Under the pieces are notes generated by a model, which did not search any database, was not told the origin of the DNA, and saw only the letters and a program-made list of their open reading frames with translations. A stretch of DNA of 63,837 bases, the filler included, from Hausera hauseri (Eukaryota): NCBI GenBank assembly GCA_046269625.1. It is 12 parts of 12 records of this genome, joined end to end, with 100 filler letters (N's around TTAATTAATTAA, not from the genome) between each part and the next. Parts side by side here need not be neighbours in the genome. Positions count along the whole stretch, not along the records: positions 1 to 4,304 come from JBJURY010646553.1; positions 4,405 to 9,265 come from JBJURY010412589.1; positions 9,366 to 13,626 come from JBJURY010670884.1; 9 more parts are not named here. One strand, given 5' to 3'. How positions within the stretch are numbered: position 1 is the stretch's first letter; each line of letters starts with the position of its first letter. The translations under genes were made by a program, and so were the position numbers. This document shows, piece by piece, positions 1 to 10,791 of this stretch.

Positions 1-1008
1 CTATATTGATGTGAAAAATTGGGTGAATGCTTGTGAAGTATGTGCGACTAAACAAAAAAGACAAAAAATTACATGGCAGAACTAAAACCAATTGATGTGC
101 CCGACAGGCCCATGCAAGCCATGTCGATGGATATAGTAGGACCTCTCCCTACGACTCACAAGAACAATAAATATATTTTAACATGTATTGATAGACTAAC
201 TCATTTCGTCGAGTTGAATGCATTAATTGATCAAAAGGCAGAGACTTTAGCTGAAACCGTAGTAAGAAGGATTATTTGCCGATACGGGCCCCCAGACCAG
301 ATACTCACAGATCGAGGAAGAAATTTCACCAGCGAACAATTCGAGAAAATCACTAAGATATTTGAAATTGAACGACTAACAACTACCGCGTATCATCCTC
401 AGTGCAACGGAATGGTCGAGTGAATGAATGCCACTGTCATATGCATATTATCGGCAGTAGTAGTAAAGGACCAAAAAGATTGGGACGAATTTTTGGAAGG
501 GACTCAGTTTGCTATTAATACCACACCACATCCAGCAACAGGGTTCACTCCATTTTTCATGATGTATGAACGCGACGCCGTGTTGCCCACGGACCTAGGA
601 ATGACGCCATACACATTTAATCCAGAAGATTTATAGCAAAATTTCGCAGAAGTATTGCAAATGCGTTTGCAAAAGTGTTTGGAGATCGCTAAAGAATTAC
701 CCCAAGAACATCAAGAACAATTTAAAAAGTAATATGATAAGAAAGCAAAGTCGCATGATATAGAACAAGGAAATTGGGTTTATGTACACTATCCTGTAGC
801 TAAAAAAGGCACCTCATTGAAATTGACCCGTACAGGCAGAGGACCGTACGAAGTAACCAGAGTTACGCCAACTACAGTATATATTAACAAAAATGGAGAG
901 GAAGAAATCGTATCAGTACAAAAGGTTGTCAAGACAGAGATACGACCCAATAAACGTTACAACTTACGCCAACGCGAGATAAAAGCTTCTTCAATAGTTG
1001 CTAGGCCG
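1..1008 (+). mobile_element. Ty3/Gypsy integrase, 3' part of pol, disabled by in-frame stops
   Basis: One frame carries WVNACEVC (end of Zn-binding region), MDIVGP (D), TDRGRNF (D), TTAYHPQCNGMVE (E), TGFTPFFMMY, GRGPYEV (GPY/F motif) and RYNLR. Stops at 421-423, 634-636 and ~730. Confidence 0.93.
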
Positions 1009-2407
1009 ATATCGTACCTTCAGATAGTTTTAGCATTATCGCTAATTGCTTCTTACATTCCGGCAACACAAGCCAAATGGTGGCACGACGAGTCGACGCT
1101 AGGAGATATATACGGAATTCGGAAGAGTGGATCAAAATCGGAAACTATCAAAACGGAAAAGAAACCAACAGCCGAAGAAGTTCAAAAACAAGAAGACACC
1201 AAGTTATTGCAATCAATGACAATTCATTATTATTCACCAAACTACGTATGTGTTGGATTTAAGGCTTCGAAACCGCATCACGACTTCGGAAGATTTCAAA
1301 TTGTCTTACTTGACATAACCACAAAAAAGCGAGAAAAGAGCCTGGAGCTTATATAAACTGTTGTGACAAAAATTTTGGACGCACTTATAACCTCACCTAT
1401 GGCCTATACTTACCAGACTCATCCGAAGTTTATATTGAAACGAAGCCACAATTCCAATTAGTCGTCCCTGCATGGAACAGACATCATGGAGTAAAACCTA
1501 ACAAAATGTTGCGATCCACTGACCCAAATATAAGAATATTAGACGAAAATATCCAGAGAATCTCTGTGAATAAGGAAAAACAATGTATTTAAGTAGATGC
1601 TGGAACAGGATTAACTCTTAGTCAGGAAATTAGTATCACATTCGAAGCAGTAATTGGACCGACCCCGAAAATAGGACATTGTTTTATTCGTGCAGGCGTG
1701 CAACATCCATGTTGTAAAATACCCGTGAACTAAGAATTCAAGATAAAATTTGACTTACACAAAGTACAGCATAACAAACCAAGTGTACAACTCCGAACTT
1801 ACTATCCAGAAATTAAAATTTGGAAAATTTTAGTGGAAGCCATGACCAAAGAGTCGACCACTACGGTTAATTCCTCTACTCGTGCTGTTACAGCAAGTAA
1901 AATACCCGAAGCAGAATTGGAAAGCACATCGATCAAAATTTCGGCACACCGGTATAAAATCGTGTTCTTCGTGGAAAAGAAACAAAATTACGATATACAC
2001 ATAAGTTGTCGAACAATGTACAATAATCAAATTGTAATATTATCTAAAAACACTTATCAAACAGAATGCAATTTACTAAAACCACAATCTGAATACGTAA
2101 TACAAATACATGCACAGAACAAACCCAAACGATTACATTGCATACCTTAGACGAAATTCACGCAGAGTCACATACGCATGAAAATATAGACGACGAAATT
2201 ACAATATCATTTACTACTCGAGCACCACTAGGATTAACTGCCTTACCGATTGCATCTATTACAGTGCTGTCAACGTTTGCTCTCATTATATTAATTGCGA
2301 TTTTTCGACTATTTATTAAAAATTGTTATTCCAAGCGTCATAAAAATTCAGAATGGGAATTAAGGGAATTGAAAAATCCTGTGGATCCCTATGATAAAAT
2401 ATCTTGA
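1009..2407 (+). pseudogene. Env-like type-I membrane protein continuing the integrase frame: signal-like segment, Cys-containing ectodomain, S/T stalk, FN3-like domain, TM helix, short tail
   Basis: Hydrophobic ISYLQIVLALSLIASYIPATQA at 1009-1074. Manual translation of ~1340-1833 gives a continuous frame with 2 stops that joins ORF 1833-2150. LLKPQSEYVIQIHA from ~2073; TM LPIASITVLSTFALIILIAIF at ~2243-2310; terminal YDKI. Confidence 0.6.
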
Positions 2408-2527
2408 CAATTACAGATCAGGTCACGCTGTCATTAAACAAAGAATTGGTTTTGGTTCAAAACAATCCTTTATTTAAAGATTAACCTTTATATTTTCTTT
2501 TTCAGATTAGTAAGTAATAAGACCCAG

Positions 2528-3306
2528 ATGAACCCGAGCCAACTTGGAATCGACACCGAGGAAACTGTGAGTCGACTTAGTATCGACGAATTTTTACAGC
2601 AATATGTGACCGTACGAATCCCAATTCAAAAGCCATCTATAGGCAAATCAGTAGAGAATTACAAGGAAAGAACTTCATTTAATACAGAAAAGTTTGCGAG
2701 AATCCAAACAGTTTGAAAGGAACAACTGAAGAGGCCAGAGCTATATATTTATATGCCTGGAGACAGGATAAAGATGCCAGAGCATACCCTTTGAAACAGA
2801 TCACCCAACACCAAGCGAATAAGAAACAGAGAATATATGTACATTTGGCTGACGGGGAAATCTACTATAGGCTGAAGGACCAAAAATGGAACTCTTTCCA
2901 AGGAAAGTAAAGCCGGTTTAGCACTTTTGTATTTGACAGTAGGAATTTCCACAACTACGAATTGGAATTTTGTGTAGCCGCCTTACCTGTAAAAATGATG
3001 GTCGAAATAACTGAAGAGGAAACAATATCCATCTCATTGCCGCCCTTAAAGTTTAGGCAAAGGCCAAATGAAGAACAGGACGCACATCTACATTCGTTTA
3101 GATTAGTAAACGATGACAGGAATATCAGAATTGCCGCAATAAACTACGGAGAAAGGAAAGAAGGAAATTATATCCCGATCGAAATATCCATCCGAGAAGA
3201 AAATGGGGCCAAAGTCTATTCGAAAATTATTAACCCGAGGAAGAAGGTACTAGAAACATATGCAGAAGTTACCGGTATTAAAAGAAAACAATGGCTCTCC
3301 AGGTAG
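2528..3306 (+). pseudogene. Unknown ~260-aa accessory ORF, probably part of the same element (1 frameshift, 1 stop)
   Basis: ORFs 2713-2910 and 2962-3306 share a frame and are separated only by one TAA. ORF 2528-2716 overlaps in another frame. Same A-rich composition as the upstream element. Preceded by a splice-acceptor-like tract ending at 2505. Confidence 0.45.
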
Positions 3307-3814
3307 TCTATTTCTGAAAGGACAAGAAAAGCACTTTATATGCAAACTGTACCAAGTGTATTTAAATAACCCCTATATGCCAGTCCATTTTGTGTTCTCC
3401 AGCCTTTGCTGATTCCCTCAGCCTTTTGTCCAACCCACCCCAATTCCTGGCAGAATGAATATCTACACTCTGCTGCAACACAGGGGGTCTAATGTGTGTG
3501 TGCTGTAAAATAGGAGAAAGCATTTAGACAGCATATGTATGCTCTAGCACTCGAGCAACAAGCACTTTTTCCTCTACATACACACATACACAAAGGTTAA
3601 TAAGACCACTAGCCATGGGGCGTGGCTGCATAGTCCACCCTCCATCTTGCCAGCCAGGCTCCATGCTGAGCCACCACACCCACCTGACATTATGCATCCG
3701 CCTGGCTACGACAGCTCACATATGGAAATCTGGCACCACTGGTGGGGAGGGGTCCCTCACGACCTTCCGATTACAACACTCCTTTGTAACAACTACGGCA
3801 AAAAAATAGTTAGT

Positions 3815-4304
3815 CATTTTAAATGTAATTAAGTTTAAAAATATTTTCAAGACCCCACAAGCCTTAGGATCAAATATAAGATTTAAACATAAAATTCAGA
3901 CAGAAATAGAAAATTCTAGATCGCAAAACTTTACTCCTGAAAAAAGTATTGATGATATTGAAGCAAGAAAAGGATTTAAAGAATAACAGTAACATTATAT
4001 AGTAAAGAATGTGAGCCGAATAAACTAAAATCGCTTAATAAAGATGATCTTATGATGTACATAAGTTTAGATATAATAATAAAATGAATTGAATAAATAA
4101 TAAAAATGAATTGAATGTGTTTAATTTTCAATTATGTTGTAAAGTAAGATATAATAAACCAGATGAAAAACGAATACATGATAACTATTTCATATCTTCT
4201 AAACAAATTATTAAAACATTTGATGATATTGATAATCTTTTAAATAAATCATTAAATGATGTAAAAACTAAAATCAAAGAAGTAGAATTAGATTCATCTG
4301 GATA
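3815..4304 (+). pseudogene. N-terminal fragment of a Polinton/adintovirus-type protein-primed PolB ORF
   Basis: Degenerate C2H2-like FKCN...IFKTPQALGSNIRFKH, then ...LNDVKTKIKEVELDSSG at the contig end, which resembles ESQDTKSGW in the PolB at ~30670. Confidence 0.5.
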
Positions 4305-4404
4305 NNNNNNNNNNNNNNNNNNNNNNNNNNNNNNNNNNNNNNNNNNNNTTAATTAATTAANNNNNNNNNNNNNNNNNNNNNNNNNNNNNNNNNNNNNNNN
4401 NNNN
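4305..4404. other. Artificial contig linker (44 N + TTAATTAATTAA + 44 N). Identical linkers at 9266-9365, 13627-13726, 18173-18272, 22695-22794, 26982-27081, 37205-37304, 41248-41347, 45700-45799, 52229-52328, 59370-59469
   Basis: Same 100-bp structure each time; the 12-mer has stops in all six frames. Confidence 0.98.
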
Positions 4405-5959
4405 AACTTGATTGTTTGTTAAATGCGGCATTGACTTGTTTAACAACTGGTTGAAATTTTCATCTCTATTTTCACGCTGATTATTTTCGATTAACTCATA
4501 TTCATCGGACAACCGAGTCTCTGGAGATGGAATCCCTCGTTCGAATCGATAACGAAGTTCTAGTATGATTTCCGTCTATATTAGAGAAAATATTTTATAC
4601 CATCGTTTGGATGACTGAACAAAATAGTTAGACACACGGCAATCCTATGAAACAAAAACCGGCAGTTAGCATTACTAAACCGTTTCTTTGATTTTTCATA
4701 ATTCAGTAATTTGGTATCAGGATTTATAAGGTAAGACTCCACCGGGCATTTTGTTTGACTCGATCATGCGTCAGGAAATAAGTATAGAAGAATTTCTTGG
4801 ACAGCCTTGTGCTCTAATAATGAGGTTCGGGAATTATCGGAGTAATTGCTTAATATCTTCGGATAATTTGCTTGACTAATAATGTAACTGGATGAGCCTC
4901 ATTGCTTATGGAAGACTTTGTAAATTTCAGTAATGGTTTGATGATTTGATAATAATCGAGGTCTTGTGGTTTGTTGTTCTTCAGGATTTTGGAAGACATT
5001 TGAGCAACCAAAAAAGATTTCAGCAGTTTCCTCAAAGTTTTATAAAAAGCCCCATTGTACGAATTTTCATTTCGAACTGAAGTATACCAAATGCCTGCAG
5101 ATGATGTGGAAGACTCACGTATTCCGTATGAGAAAATATGATTTTAGAAACCTGGCTCCAATGAACTGATAGAGTGATAACATTAATCAGATCGGTAGCA
5201 AATCCTACAGGGAAATATTGAAAGAAATGCATTTTTTTTGAACTAATATATCCTTGAAAATATGTCGTTTCTATGAGGAGAATTATCAATGAAATATGCA
5301 CATCTACTAGACAAGACGATATCATCATCCAGTATGTAACCTTTACCCAATTTTTCCTGAAATATACGCCTCAATCCGGACAAATTATTATATTGTTTTG
5401 GTGTGTATTTTACAGCCACTGACTGCATGTTTGTCCGAATATCACCGTTTAATGATAAGTCATAAAATTGGGGCCAATTACGTGCTCCATATTTAACAAT
5501 AAGTGTCAGTTGACATTTCACATTTGTAACCACTATCATGATAGAACTCATTAACTGATTAACATGCACTTCACCATAAATGGATGTTCGTGATGATGAA
5601 GTTATCGCCAAAAATTTCCGTTTTCCAAACCATTTTGATATCTGCCAGTCAAATTCGTTTTCAAATTCCGATTGTACAACTTTGTCTTCTTCCAAAATAA
5701 GTGCGTTGGAGATATCAAAACAATTTGACTCATCGGTACCTAAATTGCCATTTACACATTTTATACTAGGATTTATTAAACCAACCAACAATTAATAGCG
5801 GACAAAGCTAATTGTATGAACGACTTTCTGTTGATTATCTGTTAATTGGTAATTTTCCAACTTTGTGAAAATATCCCCTAGTTTTGATATAAAAAATTTC
5901 CAAATGGTTGCATTAGTATAGTTCGTTGTTTCAAATACTTCAGAATCCTCCAACTCCAT
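4405..5959 (-). pseudogene. RAB3GAP1: Rab3 GTPase-activating protein catalytic subunit, N-terminal half, intronless and disabled
   Basis: MELEDSEVFETTNYTNATIWKFFISKL (cf. recalled human ESEVFEITDFTTASEWERFISKV), KWFGKRKFL, PKQYNNLSGLRRIFQEKLG, FPVGFATDLINVITLSVHW, ILELRYRFE. Stop at 5792-5794 and frameshifts; runs off the contig. Confidence 0.85.
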
Positions 5960-6175
5960 TTGAATTCTTAAAATTTTGTAGCACAAAAAAATCCCACTTC
6001 TGACACCAATTTGTTGATCGGCTGTGGCTATATCAGAATTGAAGTAATAAATCCAAGATAACAACGTTTATTCCTTTTAAAATTAAATATTAATCAATTC
6101 TTCTAAATCAATTTTTTATGTCAAAATATATATTTAGTCAAACTAGAGAACGAAACTGCAATCAATAAGAAGTTC

Positions 6176-6290
6176 AAGGGAAGATTGTAAAAGTGTGAGA
6201 TAACGTAAATTTTGGTTTGAAACAACATTCGTGTCTATATTCTTCTGCCTGCTGGAAGGGAATATTGTAGAAGTGTGAGATGACGTAAAT
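6176..6290. repeat. Imperfect 35-bp direct repeat (6176-6210 and 6256-6290)
   Basis: aagggaagattgtaaaagtgtgagataacgtaaat vs aagggaatattgtagaagtgtgagatgacgtaaat. Confidence 0.8.
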
Positions 6291-6329
6291 ATCTTTACAA
6301 AAGTTATTTGCAAGGACATTTTTTATTTG

Positions 6330-9265
6330 TTGTTAGCCAGGATTTTTAAGGAAATCCTTATGGTGCGATGAAATCTCTCGAGAATACCATTTGCTTGGGG
6401 ATGGTACGGCGTCGTATGGAGATTGGTTATCCCCAACTGCTTTACAAGAGATTTGAAAAGATCAGCTTCAAATTAGCATTCTGGTCCGTTATGATGTGAC
6501 GTGGTGAGCCAAAACGGCTGACCCATACATTGATAAATGCATCTGCTACTGAGTCAGTGTTGGTTGATCGAAGCGGAACGGCTTCCGGCCAGCGAGAAGC
6601 TCGATCCATCATGAATTAGATATATTGATAGACGTTGTCGGATGGTAAAGGACTGACACGATCTAAATGAACAGTGTAAAACAAGATGTGCAATTGAAGT
6701 GGTAAAGTGGTGGTTTGAGGTGTTTGTGAACCTTGTATTTCTGGCATGCTACACATCCCTTAACCCAGATTTGTACATCTGTACGCATAGTTGGCCATTT
6801 CTCGTGGCGTTGCAGTAGACGGAATGTGGCTTTTTAACCCGAATGATGAAAAGAGTGAAAGTGATTGAAAGCTGTCTTTTGTAGCGATGGAGCAAGAATG
6901 ATTTCATTGTTGGTCGAGTTTGAAGTGTCATAAGCGATGCCATCGATCATTTCAACAAATTTAAAAGCTTGGAGAATATTAGATGATGGCTGATTGCTTC
7001 TCATGACCTTAGATGAGAAAAGTGGCTGAATTGTAATTGAGTTAACCGACCGAGAAAGAAAATCCGCTACTAAATTTTTGGTGCCTGAAATATATTTCAT
7101 GGAAAAACTAAATGTCGACAGGTATGATATCTGTCGTTCTTGCCTGGGTGAGGGTTGTTTCAAAGTCACTATGTGAAGTAGAGGCTTATAGTCGGTTTGG
7201 ATAATAAATTGACGTGAAAGAAGCAAGTACTTGAAATGTTTTACCACTAGAACTACAGCCAAAAGTTCACGATCGAATGTTGAGTATTGGCTTTCAGGTT
7301 GCGTGAGCTTTCGAGAATAGAATTCTAATGATTCATCGACGCCATTGCATATTTGGTGTAATATCGCACCATTTGCTGTGGTTGAGGCATCGGTAATTAA
7401 TATTATTTCAGCGTTTGGCTTTGAAAAGGCCAAGATTTCTACAGTTTTCAGACCTCCACGAAGGCGATCAAATTGGTTTACTAGATCGGGAGTCCAATAA
7501 ATTAATTATCTTTTCTTCCCAGATGATAGGTGTGCGAAAGGTTCCGTTAGTTCGGAGCAGTGTGGCACGTATTCGTGTACGAAATGCAATGTTCCTAGAA
7601 AACTCGTCATATCGGTAGTAGTAGTTCGCATCGTTACATTTTTTGACTGTTGTAAGCGATTGGGCTGTGGCGAATGCCCTTCAGTAGTTTTTATGTGGCC
7701 TAAGAAGTTGACGCGTTTCTGGAAGAAATTGAATTTGGCAAAATTAATTTGCAGGTTGCTTTGATGTAATCTGTGGAAGATAATTCTAAAGTGCTCATGA
7801 TATTGTTTGATGGAGCTGGAAGCGACTAATATGTCATCTATATATGGGTGAGCGAAATTAATACCAGAAAAAAGTGTCAATGTGGCGCTGAAAGGTCTGA
7901 GATGCACTACGTATGCCGAAAGGCATGAAGATGCATTCAAAGACCAAATGGCGTGATGATAGCAATTTTTGGAATGGCATCAGGGGCAACAGGAATTTGA
8001 TGGTAAGCTTTGTGCAGATCAGTGGTGGAATAAGTATGCAACTGAATTCCTGCTTAAAAGACAGCTGTATTTAAAATCGACCAATAGATCATGTGTGGCG
8101 AGAAAATCTGAACCTATTATGGGAGATTTAATGTTGGCCATGTGGAACTTCCAGACAAATTTATCCGGCAAGTTGGCGAATGTGAAAGTTAATTCCGTGG
8201 TTCCTGCAACATGCAACGGTTGACCATTGGCAGTAAAAAGCGGTGGACAGGAAATCATAGTCTATGTAGGAACGAAGGACAATGAAAGGAGCGAAAAGGC
8301 AGCTCCTGAGTCTATAAGGAAGTCGATATGTGAAGTATTTCTGCATAACAGTACAGCTTTTAACAGAAAAACTGCAGAATCGGTGTTGAAAAGGCCAGAA
8401 GATTGAGCAATATTGCCTGAGCCAGAATGTGCCGTAAAATCTGGCGGCGTTATTAGTTTTTTGAAGGTTTTGGAGGAAAGGAAGAGGAGGAGGAAAAGGA
8501 AGGAGATTTATCTTTGTAATGTTTACAATTAGGCACACATGATCTAGCTCGTGACTGAAACTTATTGTGATAGACGCAAATGGGGTTGTCAACTGCGTAC
8601 CGGTCGCTTTAGAACCGACAATCCAAAAAACATTTCCGAGCATCCCTTCGAAATCGCGTGTGATAAAAGTAAGGCATGCATCCGCCAGGTGAAATGGATC
8701 GAGCAGAGTGTATGGAAATGCTTCTTTCCCTTGAAGGTATGGTTTCACTTTGTCGAGGCCCATTAAGATTATTTAGTTGGGTAGTAATGGCCAAAATCGA
8801 CTGCTATAACTCGTCAAACCGTTGCTGCATCATTTGCAATTGTTGTGAAAATGAAGTGTTATCTGTGTATGAAGGTATGTGAGCGGTTGCTGCAGCTATT
8901 GGTTGTTGACTATTAGATTGCAAAATGTCAAAGCTTTTGTCTGCCAATAAGGCTAGCTTTTCAAGGGTCGTTGAGTCGTTTATTACAGTGAGCAGCGCTC
9001 TGATGGAGGTCGGCAAAGATGAAAGAAAATACCGACGAAGAAGATCGGCATTGTTTATAGGAGTGACGCCTAACAAACTCAGTTGAGATATTGCAGTTTT
9101 CAGGAAGTCCGATGGTTTTTGATTTCCGATGGCATGTTCATTAAAGTATTTCTGAATTATGCTGTCAATTGAAGGGTCGGTAATGTGTAGAACTGATTCA
9201 TAAAGCATATCATATGGATTTGAAGAGGTTAGTATGTCGGCCAGATTATTGATTTGCTGCTTGAT
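6330..9265 (-). mobile_element. Decayed Gypsy LTR retrotransposon (CsRn1/Boudicca-like): partial gag, PR, RT, RH, partial IN
   Basis: Gag KPSDFLK and CHCC-type YHTRFRRDARKC; protease FLIDSGA region; RT HPYIDDILV; RNase H TDAST...YSTFDRELLA...NLVADFLSR; IN WPEAVPL. Closely similar to the 52329-56600 copy. Confidence 0.93.
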
Positions 9266-9365
9266 NNNNNNNNNNNNNNNNNNNNNNNNNNNNNNNNNNN
9301 NNNNNNNNNTTAATTAATTAANNNNNNNNNNNNNNNNNNNNNNNNNNNNNNNNNNNNNNNNNNNN

Positions 9366-10018
9366 CGTCTACTACAGTTCTACATGCAGCTCGGTGTACG
9401 CGTCACACAGCTGCATCGTGCAATCCGATTCGGTCAGGCTCCCATATTCAAGGCGTACATAGATGGAAATTCGGAGAAACGAGCCACAGCTTGTACAAAG
9501 TTCGAAAAGGACTGATACAAACTGAAAAACAATTTTCAGTATGGAAATACAGTAGAGAATCTTAAAATCGGCTCAATGTATGCCTATGCAACAGCGAAAA
9601 GCGGTTGGTAACGTACACGAGTAAAGCGCAGTTTCGGCGGTCAATGCACATTGCCGATGAATTGGTTGCGGTGCTGTTAAACTGGGAAGAAGTCGTTCTG
9701 GACCGGCCAAATTACATCGGACAAGTTGTATTGGACCTGAGCAAGTTGTAAATGTACGAGCTCCAGTATCGCGACTCGGCACGTTACCGGCAAATGTTCG
9801 ACGGCTTTGAGATCAGTATCGTTGCCGATGACAGAGACAGCTTTTTTCTTAAGCTGAAAAACGTCAACCGCGGCCAACTGCTCCGGCAAATGATGGCAGA
9901 TGAACTACTGGACACGTTCAACTATCAACCGGATCATCTGTGGTACAGCAGTGCGATCACCAACAACATCGGCTGCTTCAAGGATGAAAGTGAAGGTCGA
10001 GTCCAGTATCAGAAATAG
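9366..10018 (+). pseudogene. C-terminal fragment of a Polinton/adintovirus-type family B DNA polymerase
   Basis: Manual translation RLLQFYMQLGVRVTQLHRAIRF...YIDGNSEKRA...FEKD*YKLKNN..YGNTVEN; IGQVVLDLSKL*MYE; DRDSFF (degenerate DTDS); IGCFKDE. Confidence 0.85.
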
Positions 10019-10143
10019 ATATTCCTACTCCCAATGTGCTACAGTCTTCTGACGGACTGTGGATCGAAAATGCGTATTAGTATATTCTTTGTTGATCAAT
10101 ATACCACGCGTATGCGACTGCAGCAAAATATTCCCACAAAACG

Positions 10144-10791
10144 TTACCAAATCGTCACAGAACAATTTTTTAAATTTTCCTTTTGGTATCCTAGTGGCAT
10201 ATAAACAGAAGAAATCCAAATAGAAAGCTGTTTGACACAAACGGCAACAACAGCAATCATATCGGCAAACCCTTCAGTGTAATATCGATAAATCCAATTA
10301 ACAATGTAGAAGACCCGACAAATACCCAGTGCAAATAGATAGTGATACGTTGTTGTTTCGGCGGTACCAGATTTTGTCATCATGAACAATTGTGGTAAAA
10401 TGGCCACTGATTCGAGATATATGAAAAATGTCCATGGAACATCTAACGTTTCCATTTTATGATTTTCTAGAAACGCCAAACTAATTGCAAGAATAAGGAG
10501 AACTTCTATTCGAAACGTGTAATCTTCTGCATTAAACGTCGCCGGAAATTTCATGTACATGAAATAAATGGCGATGTAGATGAGCGTGATGAAAGTTACC
10601 TTCATGACCGTATTGCATACCGATACGAACGACGTGAAAAAGTCCAAATATCGTGTCGTAAATACCAACGCAAACAAAATCTGCGTCCTACCAGACAGAC
10701 CTGCACATGATCCTGTTTTCATCATTTTCATCAGTAGCACGATAATGGCATCGAGATGCGACAAATCACCAATAAGTCGGAAAATATTCAT
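10144..10791 (-). pseudogene. KDELR: ER lumen protein-retaining (KDEL) receptor, intronless, frameshift near the C-terminus
   Basis: MNIFRLIGDLSHL, SCAGLSGRTQILFALVFTTRYLD, WTFFIYLESVAILPQLFM, HYLFALG, NWIYRYYTEG. The canonical tail QTAFYLDFFCLYATRIPKGK is in another frame (ORF 10025-10240). Confidence 0.92.

Noticed and set aside
3600-3810. GC-richer patch with short His/Pro/Trp-rich ORFs
   Set aside because: Too short, with no diagnostic motif; not identifiable as the LTR of the upstream element.
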